DNA of 64,000 bases from Candidatus Saccharimonadota bacterium (GCA_026707815.1 JAPOWB010000009.1:70752-134751); one strand, 5' to 3'. Shown: positions 46,727 through 56,524, counted from the stretch's first letter. Numbers and translations are program-made. Notes: a model not told the origin generated them from the sequence alone.

Positions 46727-47965
46727 TTAAAAATCCTCAGTGGTAGCCAAAAGATCATCTATCGTCTCATGTCGTCTAATCAAACGACAGGTATTATCAA
46801 TTTGAACTATGACTTCACCGCATCGAAGTGAGCCATTATAATTCGTGGCATCAGCTCGACCATGAGCTCCAACATCATGAATAACCAGTAAATCTCCTTT
46901 CTTGGTATTTTTCGGCAATAACCGATTGCTGAATAATTTATCGGTATCAGTGCACATCGATCCGACTACAGTCATGGGAATAGTTTCAGATAATGTCTGT
47001 TCGCCGAGAATACTAAGTTCGTGATAAGCATCGTCAACCGTTGCTAAACGATTAAGATTATTAACTGAAGTATCAACTGGCAAAAAAGTCTGATGAGAAG
47101 TAATGGGGGAATGAGTTATTCGAGTTAAAAGATAGCCATTACTAGCAGTAATGTATCTACCAAATTCAGTATAAATTGGTATATCTAAATCACCAAGGAT
47201 ATTCTTAATAGCCTGACTGATGGCTTGGAGATTAACCGGTTGATCCTTGTGTTGATAATTCATGCCAAGACCACCCCCAAGATTAACAAAATTAATCTTT
47301 AATCCTAATTTATGACTAACTTCGAGAATTAAATTCTTTAGATACTGAGCAGTTTGCTCAAAACCAGAGACATGAACTTGATTACTGACTAGCATGCTAT
47401 GTAAACCAATATTTGTCACTCCAGCTGACTGCATACGTTTTAAAGCAATTAAAACATTAGCTTTACTATCACCAAATTTAGAATATTTAGGATTACCTAG
47501 AATGCTATTGGAGCCAATGATTGATTGACCAGGATTATAGCGAATAGACATTGTTTGAGGAACATCTGGTAAAACTTTTAAAATGTTTTCCAAATCAGCT
47601 AACTTATCTAAATTGATAATCGCTCCTCGAGAATGAGCCTGATAATAGTCTTCATCTGAGACGTTATTAGCTGTAAAAAACAGTTTGGATTTCAGCAAGT
47701 CAGACTCTGTAATTAATTGTAATTCAGATAAGGAGCTGCAATCAAAACCTAGACCTTCATCAGCCATAATCCTTAAAATTGCAGGAGTAGGCGTAGCTTT
47801 AACAGCAAAATAATTGACATAAACCTTAGCCCAATTAAAAGCCTGGTTTAGATTCTTAATTCTAGATCGTATTCCATTCTCATCATAGACAAAGATGGGC
47901 GTTCCATAAGCTTGAGCTATGTGTCGGAATATATCATCTGAAATAGCTCTCTGAATCTGTGCCAT
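46727..47965 (-). CDS. PLP-dependent Orn/DAP/Arg decarboxylase-family enzyme (LysA-like)
   Basis: YFAVKATP (PLP-lysine), GGGLG, EFGRY and SMCTDTD motifs at the positions expected for fold-type III decarboxylases. Confidence 0.8.
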   Translation of the reverse strand: MAQIQRAISDDIFRHIAQAYGTPIFVYDENGIRSRIKNLNQAFNWAKVYVNYFAVKATPTPAILRIMADEGLGFDCSSLSELQLITESDLLKSKLFFTANNVSDEDYYQAHSRGAIINLDKLADLENILKVLPDVPQTMSIRYNPGQSIIGSNSILGNPKYSKFGDSKANVLIALKRMQSAGVTNIGLHSMLVSNQVHVSGFEQTAQYLKNLILEVSHKLGLKINFVNLGGGLGMNYQHKDQPVNLQAISQAIKNILGDLDIPIYTEFGRYITASNGYLLTRITHSPITSHQTFLPVDTSVNNLNRLATVDDAYHELSILGEQTLSETIPMTVVGSMCTDTDKLFSNRLLPKNTKKGDLLVIHDVGAHGRADATNYNGSLRCGEVIVQIDNTCRLIRRHETIDDLLATTEDF

Positions 47966-48109
47966 ATCATTCTACATAGTATAAAAAAGGTAGAAAAAAT
48001 AACACATTATCAGTCATTGACCTCTGTAACTAATTGACTAATTCTGTCAATATTGATATAATGCCAATATATTTATAAAAACAAACAGAAGGTATATCAA
48101 TTTATAACT

Positions 48110-48256
48110 ATGAATAAGAAGGTTATAATCATACTTTTGATTGTTATTGCTGTAATTATCAGTCTAGTCTTGGCTTTTACTGGCGGAGATGATACTGAAA
48201 CTACCGATAACACTACTCAGCCTGAGGTTACCCAACCTGCTGAGACTGATTCATAA
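48110..48256 (+). CDS. Small membrane-anchored protein (48 aa)
   Basis: My own translation: MNKKVIIILLIVIAVIISLVLAFTGGDDTETTDNTTQPEVTQPAETDS. It is followed by a strong terminator. Confidence 0.45.
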   Translation: MNKKVIIILLIVIAVIISLVLAFTGGDDTETTDNTTQPEVTQPAETDS

Positions 48257-48282
48257 AGTGTGATTAATAAAATATAAATTCC

Positions 48283-48328
48283 AAAAAACTAGATTGAGAA
48301 TTATTTCTTAATCTAGTTTTTGTCTTTT
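48283..48328 (+). terminator. Rho-independent terminator
   Basis: CTAGATTGAGAA-TTAT-TTCTTAATCTAG (12-bp stem with one G-U pair), flanked by an A-run and TTTTTGTCTTTT. Confidence 0.75.
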
Positions 48329-49014
48329 AATAATGCATCGAATTAAAACAGAAAGCTCCTGATACTCAATTTGGCTTTGACTGGGATCTAATCAATCGAC
48401 GATATTTACACTTATTAGAATTTTATATATTTAAAACAACTTAACGACCGCTGATAAGGGGGTGGGCACCGCTCAGCGGTCATTAAATTGCTTTAAAAAT
48501 TCGTTTTGTATCAAAACTTATTGATTTTTTATAAAAATATAAATATGAAAAACTAGAAACCCCCTTAACCCACCTTTGAAGTCTGTTGGCAAATAATACA
48601 TATATTGTGTTTTATAAAGAGAACAAAACAAACTTACGAAGGGTTTTCTGATACCACCATATATAACTCCAAACAACACGAGCGGGGTAAGGAGTTAAGA
48701 GGGTTAGCTTGAATTAGGATATTGAGAAATATTCTAATTCAAACTAAAAATAGAATTAAAGTACCTAAATTGTCCGTTGGCAAACAATTTATGTTTAAAA
48801 TAATACCATAAGTTTTATGAAAAAGCAATCTTTATTACATCTTAAATATTTTTGTCAAATTTAAATCTTCTCATATTTTATTGATTTATTACAATTAAGT
48901 GAAACAGATTTCAAGCCATAATTCACATCTGTTAGCTGTTTTGGATTGTCCGAGAGGTCGATTTGGCTACGCAAACTAGCCAAAATCTTACCCAAACTGC
49001 TATATAATGGACTT

Positions 49015-49347
49015 ATGAGTAATAAGTTTGCTGTGGGAAGCTTAATAAGCGTCGGGGTCAGTTCCGTTTTTTTTATGGCTTCTTTTGCGACAGGTATATT
49101 TGCTCTTGGCAGCATATTCGATACAGAGCAGGATGTCTGGGATAAGATTAATGCCTTGATTGGGTTTATAAGTGTTGTAGGCAGTGTTATAAGCGTGATT
49201 ACTGCTTTTGTGCTGGCAATAATGGGATTAAAGAAATCCAAACAACTAAATGGGCAGGGGAAGACTCTATCTATAGTGGCATTGTCTTTGGTATCAATGT
49301 CTGTGTTTATCTTTTTTACGGTATTAATATTTATATTAATAAGTTGA
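49015..49347 (+). CDS. Small integral membrane protein, hypothetical
   Basis: 110 aa from ATG 49015, preceded by TATAAT-like sequence, with three hydrophobic helices. The listed start at 48946 would add a non-hydrophobic leader that overlaps a tRNA-like fragment. Confidence 0.45.
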   Translation: MSNKFAVGSLISVGVSSVFFMASFATGIFALGSIFDTEQDVWDKINALIGFISVVGSVISVITAFVLAIMGLKKSKQLNGQGKTLSIVALSLVSMSVFIFFTVLIFILIS

Positions 49348-49683
49348 TTTGATGCAATCTGTTAAAGCTTTTTCTATTTTCTGATGCCGATTTTCTGACT
49401 CAACCTCGCCCATATATGACGCAAGTGACTGAATTGAGCGATGCCTAGAGAAGTATTTTAGATCATCTAGAGTCGATCCCTTAGTCTTAGCCAAGTCCAT
49501 AATAGCAGAATGACGAAATATGTGTGCTGATTTGCCTAAGATACCTAGATTCTCGAGGAATTTATTAATCAGTATTTGTAGTGCTCTCTTAGAGGTTGGC
49601 TTATCTCTTAGTGGTAAAGGGGGAAATCCTAGGTTTATATGCTTTAGGATACTCTTTAAAGTATGTAGTGGATTAGAATGTAT
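49336..49683 (-). pseudogene. 3' remnant of a tyrosine recombinase/integrase (C-terminal catalytic region only)
   Basis: My own translation: ...LGILGKSAHIFRHSAIMDLAKTKGSTLDDLKYFSRHRSIQSLASYMGE... It contains the HxxR box and the catalytic Tyr region. There is an in-frame stop at the 5' side and no N-terminal domains. Confidence 0.7.
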
Positions 49684-49937
49684 CTAGCAGTGTTATGTAT
49701 AGTTAGTAAATTATAAGAAAGCAGAATATAGGGAAAGTACTAAAAAGCTGTTTGAACAAATTCATACTATGATAGAACTTCAAAGCTGACATCAACTTAA
49801 TGAATTTACCGTAAAATTACACTGTTCAATTCTCAAAATTAAAAAAACTTTGACTTAATCAAAAATTTATATATCATATTGGTTAACATTATTCCTATTA
49901 ATTCTTAATTGAATTGATTTAATAGTGTTAATAAGAG

Positions 49938-49967
49938 TCACCAGCCTCGCTGGTGATTTCTCTTTTT
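49938..49967 (+). terminator. Orphan hairpin plus U-tract upstream of topA
   Basis: TCACCAGC-CTC-GCTGGTGA followed by TTTCTCTTTTT. There is no upstream CDS on this strand. TTGACT lies at 49850. Confidence 0.5.
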
Positions 49968-50054
49968 CACTGACTTTTTCAATCTCTGTAAAGTAATTCT
50001 AGAGCTGACTCTGATATTAAATGGATATGGTATGTGCTATATTAATGATTCAGT

Positions 50055-52391
50055 ATGGGCTATAAATTAGTTATTGTAGAATCTCCAACTAAAATTACCT
50101 CTATTGGTAAATATCTAGATAGTGATCGTAGTTATAAGATTGCCAGCTCTATGGGTCATGTTCGAGATTTATCCAAAAAAGACATGGGGATTGATATTGA
50201 AAATAATTTTCAACCCAACTATCAAATTAGTCCTGATAAGCAGAAAATAGTTAAAGAATTAAAAAAACTAGTTAAAGAAGCCTCTGAAGTTATCATGGCT
50301 TCAGATGAAGATAGAGAAGGTGAAGCAATTGCTTGGCATCTCTGTCATATTCTCAATTTAGATCCAAAAACTACCAAACGCATTGTTTTTCATGAAATAA
50401 CTAAAACTGCTCTAGAGCAAGCTATAGCGAATCCTCGTACTATTAATCAAAATTTAGTCAACGCTCAACAAGCTAGGCGTATTATGGATCGCATCATTGG
50501 TTTTAAGTTAAGTCCTCTGCTATGGCGAAAAATAGCCAGTGATTTAAGTGCTGGTCGAGTTCAATCAGTGGCTATGAGATTAATCTATGAACGTGAACTA
50601 GAAATTAAAAATTTTAAACCTCAAATTTCCTATCAAGCTAAGGCAACTTTTCGAATAAATCAGCAGGAAGCAATAGCTCAATTAAATAATAAAATTAATA
50701 GCTTTGAAGAAGGCAGACAATTTTTGGAAGCTTGTCGATTGGCTTATCCTCAAGAGGATGGATTCAAAATTATTGACAAAACGACTAAACCCAGTTTGCG
50801 CAATCCTAGTCCGCCATTCAAAACCAGCACTTTGCAACAGGAAGCTTCGCAGAAACTCGGTTTCAGCATTAAACAAACCATGCGTTTGGCTCAGAAATTA
50901 TATGAAGCTGGTTTTATTACCTATATGAGAACTGATAGTTTAAATCTCAGTCAAGAAATTCTCCAATCAGCTAAAACTTATATTGTGAACAATTTTGGTG
51001 ATCAATATCATCAATTAAAGATGTATCAAACAAAAAATCAAGATGCCCAGGAAGCTCATGAAGCTATTAGACCGACTGATATTAATCAATCAACAATCTC
51101 TGATACTGATGAACAAATTCGAAAACTCTACCAATTAATTCACCGCAGAACTCTAGCCAGTCAAATGACTCCAGCAAAATTTAATAAAACAACTATCGTA
51201 ATTCAAGTCAAAACCAGTCCATATAAATTTTCTATTGATGGTCAAACTTTAGAATTTGACGGATTCTTAAAAATCAATCCAGAAAATTTGAAAGATGTGT
51301 TAATTCCTGATTGTCAGATTGGACAATTCGCCCGCCTCATTGAAGCAAATATTTTTGAAAAATTTTCCAATCATCCTGCCAGATTTACTGAAGCCAGCTT
51401 AGTGAGAAAATTGGAAGAATCAGGTATCGGACGACCTAGTACTTATGTGCCAACGATTAATACCTTGATTGAACGTAAATATGTCATTAAGGGCGAGATT
51501 GAATCACAATCTAGGATATATAAAGGGTTAATTTTACAAAATCAAGATATTAAAGATTATCAAGCTGAAGACAAGTATGGTGGAGGAGTTAATAAACTGA
51601 TACCAACTAATTTAGCAGAATTAGTTACCCCATTTCTGAAAGAACACTTTGCGGAAATTATGGATTATGATTTCACCTCTAAAACTGAAGCTGATTTTGA
51701 TTTAATAGCCCAAGGTCAACTAGATTGGGTTCAATTGTTGCAAAATTTTTATGATAAATTGCAACCATCTATTGAGAAAGCCGAAGAAATATCTAAACAG
51801 TCAATTATGAAAATGAGACAAATTGGTCAAGATCCTCAAGATAATCAAACAATTTATGCTCGCCAAGGACGTCATGGGACTTATTTACAAAAAGGTTTAG
51901 CTGAAGATTCAGATAAAAAACCTCCAACTGCTCCTTTACCAGCTGGAACAAACCTAGAAGATGTTACTCTTGAACAAGCCTTAAAGATGTTTAAACTTCC
52001 TAGACTAATCGGCTTGGCAGATGATCAATCAGAAATCTTAGCTAAAATTGGTCCATTTGGTCCTTATTTAGAAAATCAACAACTAAGAATTCCCTTAAAA
52101 GAATATGATCCCTTTAGCATTGATCTATCAACTGCCCTGAATTTAATCGCCGAAAAAAAAGAATCTGATAGACAAAAAGTGATTGCTGAGTTTGGAGATT
52201 TAAAAATTTTAAGAGGCCGATTTGGACCTTACATCACTGATGGTAAGAAAAATGCTCCAATTCCAAAAGAATATAGAGATAAACCGGAAACAATTAATCA
52301 ACATCAGACCCAAACTTGGTTGGATGAAAAGGGTAAGCTCCCCGGTTCAAGATCGAGGAAGAAAATAAGTAAAACTCCCCCAAAGAGTTAG
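50055..52391 (+). CDS. topA: DNA topoisomerase I
   Basis: Toprim start LVIVESPTK, DEDREGEAIAWH, an active-site Tyr region (ITYMRTDS), and a basic C-terminal tail. Confidence 0.95.
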   Translation: MGYKLVIVESPTKITSIGKYLDSDRSYKIASSMGHVRDLSKKDMGIDIENNFQPNYQISPDKQKIVKELKKLVKEASEVIMASDEDREGEAIAWHLCHILNLDPKTTKRIVFHEITKTALEQAIANPRTINQNLVNAQQARRIMDRIIGFKLSPLLWRKIASDLSAGRVQSVAMRLIYERELEIKNFKPQISYQAKATFRINQQEAIAQLNNKINSFEEGRQFLEACRLAYPQEDGFKIIDKTTKPSLRNPSPPFKTSTLQQEASQKLGFSIKQTMRLAQKLYEAGFITYMRTDSLNLSQEILQSAKTYIVNNFGDQYHQLKMYQTKNQDAQEAHEAIRPTDINQSTISDTDEQIRKLYQLIHRRTLASQMTPAKFNKTTIVIQVKTSPYKFSIDGQTLEFDGFLKINPENLKDVLIPDCQIGQFARLIEANIFEKFSNHPARFTEASLVRKLEESGIGRPSTYVPTINTLIERKYVIKGEIESQSRIYKGLILQNQDIKDYQAEDKYGGGVNKLIPTNLAELVTPFLKEHFAEIMDYDFTSKTEADFDLIAQGQLDWVQLLQNFYDKLQPSIEKAEEISKQSIMKMRQIGQDPQDNQTIYARQGRHGTYLQKGLAEDSDKKPPTAPLPAGTNLEDVTLEQALKMFKLPRLIGLADDQSEILAKIGPFGPYLENQQLRIPLKEYDPFSIDLSTALNLIAEKKESDRQKVIAEFGDLKILRGRFGPYITDGKKNAPIPKEYRDKPETINQHQTQTWLDEKGKLPGSRSRKKISKTPPKS

Positions 52392-52780
52392 TAAGATTAA
52401 GTCTGATTTTTATTTTAAAGAAATCAAAATAGTTAAAGATTAAGGATTTCGAGATATCTATTAAGCAGCTTATCAACTTGCTACAAATCAGTATTATTGT
52501 AGAAATTATGACAGGGGAGAGGGGTATTGTTGAAAAATATGCATATCCTTAATTGTAGCGATGGATATTTCCAAAATGTAACCCTTAAGACAAGACTTAT
52601 CAAAGAATAATTATTAGATAATTGTCAGAGAAATTTGTCAACATTTAGAATATATAAATGTAATTTATGCCGAAAATGTGTTAATATATAATCAACTGAT
52701 ACATCTATAAGAAGACTATTCACAACTATGCACTTAATTTATTATAAATATAATAATCCAAACAACATGAGGGGTATACT

Positions 52781-53830
52781 ATGGAGAATCAAAAACCAAC
52801 CATAGATTCAGATTTAAACATTCAAGTTGCTGTTAACGATATCCTAAATACTATTGAACGCATTCGAGAAAGGGAAATCATTGCCAAGAGATTCGGTCTT
52901 TTTGCTCGAAAAGAAACTCTGGAGCAAGTTGGGGAGTTACTCAATATCACTAGAGAAAGGGTTAGACAGTTGGAAAAATCTATCATCGCTAATCTAAAAT
53001 ACAATCCCCATAATCGATTACCTCACATCAAACTAATTGAAGAAAAATTCACTAAATATCTCAAAGAACTGGGTAATGTCGCCCGAGTTAAGGATTTAGG
53101 GGCTAAATTCAGTCATGTTAATGATCACATTCATCAAGCCCAGATTACTTTTCTGAGTCATCTTAGTCCCAAATTTGTCATTATCAAGAATGATAATCAC
53201 CATCATCACAGCTTAGCTTTGGCTAATATCCATAAAGATAATCATGATGTTCGACATAATATTGATAGTATAGTTAAGCATATTGCAGAGGTTGGTGAGC
53301 CAATTTCATCTCAACAAATTCATCTCAATTTAAAGAAGTTCAATGTTAAGCATGTTCATGCCTTAGCTTTAATCTCGAAAAAATTAGCCCACCTCAACCA
53401 ACATTGGGGACTTCATCATTGGTCAAGCGTTAATCCCAAAAATATTAGAGATAAAATTTTCATTGTCTTAAAGGAAACTAATAAACCTATGCATTTTTCC
53501 AAAATAGCTCAATCGATTCATGATAGCTCATTTAAGCGCAACAAAGTATCAGTTCAAGCTATTCACAATGAACTGATTAAAGACAGACGCTTTGTCTTGG
53601 TTGGACGGGGGATTTATGCTTTAAGGCAATGGGGCTATAAAAAGGGGACTGTTTCCGATGTCATTTATGAGATTTTGAAAAAATCTGGTAAACCCATGGA
53701 TCGTTATGATATCGTCAAAGAAGTTTTGAAAAAAAGGCAAGTGAAACAAACAACCGTTTTATTGAATCTCCAATGTAAACCTATTTTTAAACGTTTGGAG
53801 AAAACTGGTCAATATATCTTGAATGAATAA
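52781..53830 (+). CDS. Sigma-70 region-4-like HTH protein with a C-terminal HARE-HTH domain
   Basis: EREIIAKRFGLFARKETLEQVGELLNITRERVRQLEKSII (region 4 pattern). C-terminal MHFSKIAQSI...FVLVGRGIYALRQWGY (HARE-HTH pattern). Confidence 0.6.
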   Translation: MENQKPTIDSDLNIQVAVNDILNTIERIREREIIAKRFGLFARKETLEQVGELLNITRERVRQLEKSIIANLKYNPHNRLPHIKLIEEKFTKYLKELGNVARVKDLGAKFSHVNDHIHQAQITFLSHLSPKFVIIKNDNHHHHSLALANIHKDNHDVRHNIDSIVKHIAEVGEPISSQQIHLNLKKFNVKHVHALALISKKLAHLNQHWGLHHWSSVNPKNIRDKIFIVLKETNKPMHFSKIAQSIHDSSFKRNKVSVQAIHNELIKDRRFVLVGRGIYALRQWGYKKGTVSDVIYEILKKSGKPMDRYDIVKEVLKKRQVKQTTVLLNLQCKPIFKRLEKTGQYILNE

Positions 53831-53927
53831 GCTTCTTTTACAAGCTTTTAGTATAAAATAGCTTGTAATAAGCTTTTAAAAAACTAAATAAACAAAGAAA
53901 TTCGAATAATTAGACAAAAAAGAGAGA

Positions 53928-56324
53928 ATGTCCTCAGATAGAAATCAATCAATCAATCATCAGGAATCTGTTACCACACATACTTTATTAATGATTAAAG
54001 TTCCTCGAACTAATGATCAAAAAGAACTGTCAGCTGAACAAATGTTCGCAGCTTTGCATGGTATCTTGAAAGATAAACGAGGCTTATTCAATAAAATCGA
54101 GCAAGAACATATCAGCTTCGAAATTGCTTCGATTAAGAAAAATATCTATTTTTACATTTGGTTACCAGCTCATCTTAGACATTTTGTTGAAGGACAAGTC
54201 TATGCCCAATATCCAACTGCTCAAATCTTAGTCGCAGAGGAAGACTATGTTCATTATGAAGACAGTTTAAAACAACAGGTTTTGCATATGGTTGAACTCG
54301 GATTGACTAGCAATGAAAACATACCTATTAAGACTTTTCCAAATTTTGAAGTTGATCCCTTATCTGGCATTACAGCAGCTTTGGCAAGATTAGAAGATAC
54401 CGAGGAAGAAATTTGGATTCAAATTATTGCCCGACCAATTGCCGATGATTGGCATAAGAAAGGTTATAAATATATTGAGAAGATTAAAAAAAATAATGCT
54501 TTGAATTTCTCAGAACTTTTAAAAGCTCCTTTTCAAACCCCTCAAGAGAATAATGGCATCAAAGATTTAACCGAAAGGGAACGAGCCCGCATCCAAGCAA
54601 TTGAAGATAAAAATGCTAAGCTTGGCTATAAAGTTAAAATACGTCTAGCTTATTTGGGTAAAGATAAAATGATAGCTTCTTTGAGAATGCAAGCTGTAAT
54701 TGGAGCTTTTAAGCAATTCAATACAACTGAACTCAATGGTTTTGTACAAAAATTTGCTACATTCGATCATAGATACTTAATTAAATATAAACATCGAGAT
54801 TTTCCACAAAATGAAGGCTTTATTTTAAATATCGAAGAATTGGCTAGTGTTTTTCACTTACCTCATACTTCAGTGAGTACTCCTAATATTGTTTGGGCTT
54901 CAGCTAAGACCGCCGAACCGCCCTCTAATTTGCCGACTCTACATAATACTCCAGAAAATGAATTGAGCTGTTTTGGAGTTACGAATTTTAGAAATTCAAA
55001 TACCGTCTTTGGATCCTTGAGATCTGATCGAGGTCGACATACTTATGTGCTTGGACAAACTGGAACAGGTAAGACAGGGCTTTTAGAACTCCTAGCTCTA
55101 GCAGATATCAATCATAATCAAGGTTATGCTATCGTTGATCCTCACGGTGATTTTGCTCTTAATAATCTCAATAATATTTCGAAATCACGAATTAAAGATG
55201 TAGTTTATTTTAATCCAGCTGATGCTGATTATCCGATTGGTTTCAACCCTCTAGAAATCTTGGATGAACGACTAAAAGTTAATATTGCCAGTGATCTAGT
55301 TGGAGTTATGAAGAAGATGTTCGATTCATGGGGTCCAAGGCTGGAATATATTTTAAGATATACCATCTTAGCTTTGCTGGATAACCCTGGAAGCACCATG
55401 TTAGATATTACCAGCATGTTAACTAATAAGAATTTCCGAAAAAAAATACTTGGCAATGTTCAAGATGTAGTTGTTTTAAATTTCTGGCGAAAAGAATTCG
55501 ATACTTGGGATAATCGCTTTCAAGCGGAAGCTGTGGCTCCCGTTTTAAATAAGGTTGGAGCATTTACCGCAAACCCTATTATTCGGAATATTATTGGGCA
55601 ACCTAAAGGTAGCTTTAATATTCGCCAAATCATGGATGAAGGTAAGATCTTAATTTTGAATCTTTCCAGAGGTTTAATAGGGGAAGATAATGCCAGTATT
55701 TTGGGGGCGATGATTATTACTAAAATTCAACTAGCAGCTATTAGTCGGGCTGATATCTCCATTGATGAACGCCGACCTTTTTATCTTTATGTTGATGAAT
55801 TTCAGAATTTTGCGACAGACAGTTTTGCTGTCATTTTATCGGAAGCTAGAAAATATAAATTACATCTAACCTTAGCTAATCAATATATTTCACAGATGCC
55901 AGAAGAGGTGAGTAGTGCTGTCTTTGGTAATGTTGGCACAATTGTGTCTTTTAGGGTAAGTCCAGAAGATGCTCCATTTTTAGAAAAATATTTCACTCCT
56001 CAATTTGATTCTGGTGATATCATTCAGCTTGCCAATCGTGATTTTGTAACGACTATGACGGTGGCAGGGGAGAAAATTCCAGCTTTTTCTGGGCGTAGTT
56101 TAGAATTACCAGAAGAAAACCATAATAATTTAGATCAGATTATAGAAAATTCCAGAACAATGTATGGTATTGATAAAGCAATCGTAGAAAAGGAAATCAA
56201 TAAATATCATCAAATATCTACAGATATTCCACTCAATGAAAACAGTCGGTCTTCCAATAAAAATAGAAATAATAAATCAAAAAAGCAGAAGAATAAAATA
56301 TTAGAACAAAAAAAACAAGATTAA
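53928..56324 (+). CDS. VirD4/TraD/HerA-like P-loop ATPase with an uncharacterised N-terminal domain of about 340 aa
   Basis: Walker A GQTGTGKTG, DPHGDF, and Walker B YLYVDEFQNF. C-terminal Lys/Asn-rich tail. Confidence 0.55.
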   Translation: MSSDRNQSINHQESVTTHTLLMIKVPRTNDQKELSAEQMFAALHGILKDKRGLFNKIEQEHISFEIASIKKNIYFYIWLPAHLRHFVEGQVYAQYPTAQILVAEEDYVHYEDSLKQQVLHMVELGLTSNENIPIKTFPNFEVDPLSGITAALARLEDTEEEIWIQIIARPIADDWHKKGYKYIEKIKKNNALNFSELLKAPFQTPQENNGIKDLTERERARIQAIEDKNAKLGYKVKIRLAYLGKDKMIASLRMQAVIGAFKQFNTTELNGFVQKFATFDHRYLIKYKHRDFPQNEGFILNIEELASVFHLPHTSVSTPNIVWASAKTAEPPSNLPTLHNTPENELSCFGVTNFRNSNTVFGSLRSDRGRHTYVLGQTGTGKTGLLELLALADINHNQGYAIVDPHGDFALNNLNNISKSRIKDVVYFNPADADYPIGFNPLEILDERLKVNIASDLVGVMKKMFDSWGPRLEYILRYTILALLDNPGSTMLDITSMLTNKNFRKKILGNVQDVVVLNFWRKEFDTWDNRFQAEAVAPVLNKVGAFTANPIIRNIIGQPKGSFNIRQIMDEGKILILNLSRGLIGEDNASILGAMIITKIQLAAISRADISIDERRPFYLYVDEFQNFATDSFAVILSEARKYKLHLTLANQYISQMPEEVSSAVFGNVGTIVSFRVSPEDAPFLEKYFTPQFDSGDIIQLANRDFVTTMTVAGEKIPAFSGRSLELPEENHNNLDQIIENSRTMYGIDKAIVEKEINKYHQISTDIPLNENSRSSNKNRNNKSKKQKNKILEQKKQD

Positions 56325-56524
56325 ATTTTATTATTATCCGAAAAATCCAATATATTTAAGTGGCATATCGTAATAGATAACCTAATAATTTATACACCTA
56401 TACGTATAGTTGAAAACTTTAATTATTCTAGAATAATTACATGCTCCCGAAATATTATTAACGATAATAATGAATATATTTTTTATTCATTTATATGATT
56501 TGTTAAATTTGATATAATACTATT

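Noticed and set aside
48936-49000. tRNA-like fragment: TGTCCGAGAGGTCGA (a class II tRNA D-arm look-alike) followed by a 7-bp stem with loop CGCAAAC
   Set aside because: There is no acceptor stem, T-arm or variable arm. The loop lacks U33 and the stem is 7 bp. At most it is a decayed tRNA 5' half, so it is not annotated as a tRNA.
48861-49241. 126-aa minus-strand ORF
   Set aside because: It is antisense to a hydrophobic three-helix membrane ORF with a better start context, and no motifs support it.
49937-49945. GTCACCAG is shared between the tRNA-Glu 3' end (32504-32512) and the region beyond the integrase stub; considered as attL/attR
   Set aside because: Only 8 nt match, which is expected by chance roughly once in a window this size. 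The match also forms part of the terminator stem. This is insufficient for an att call.
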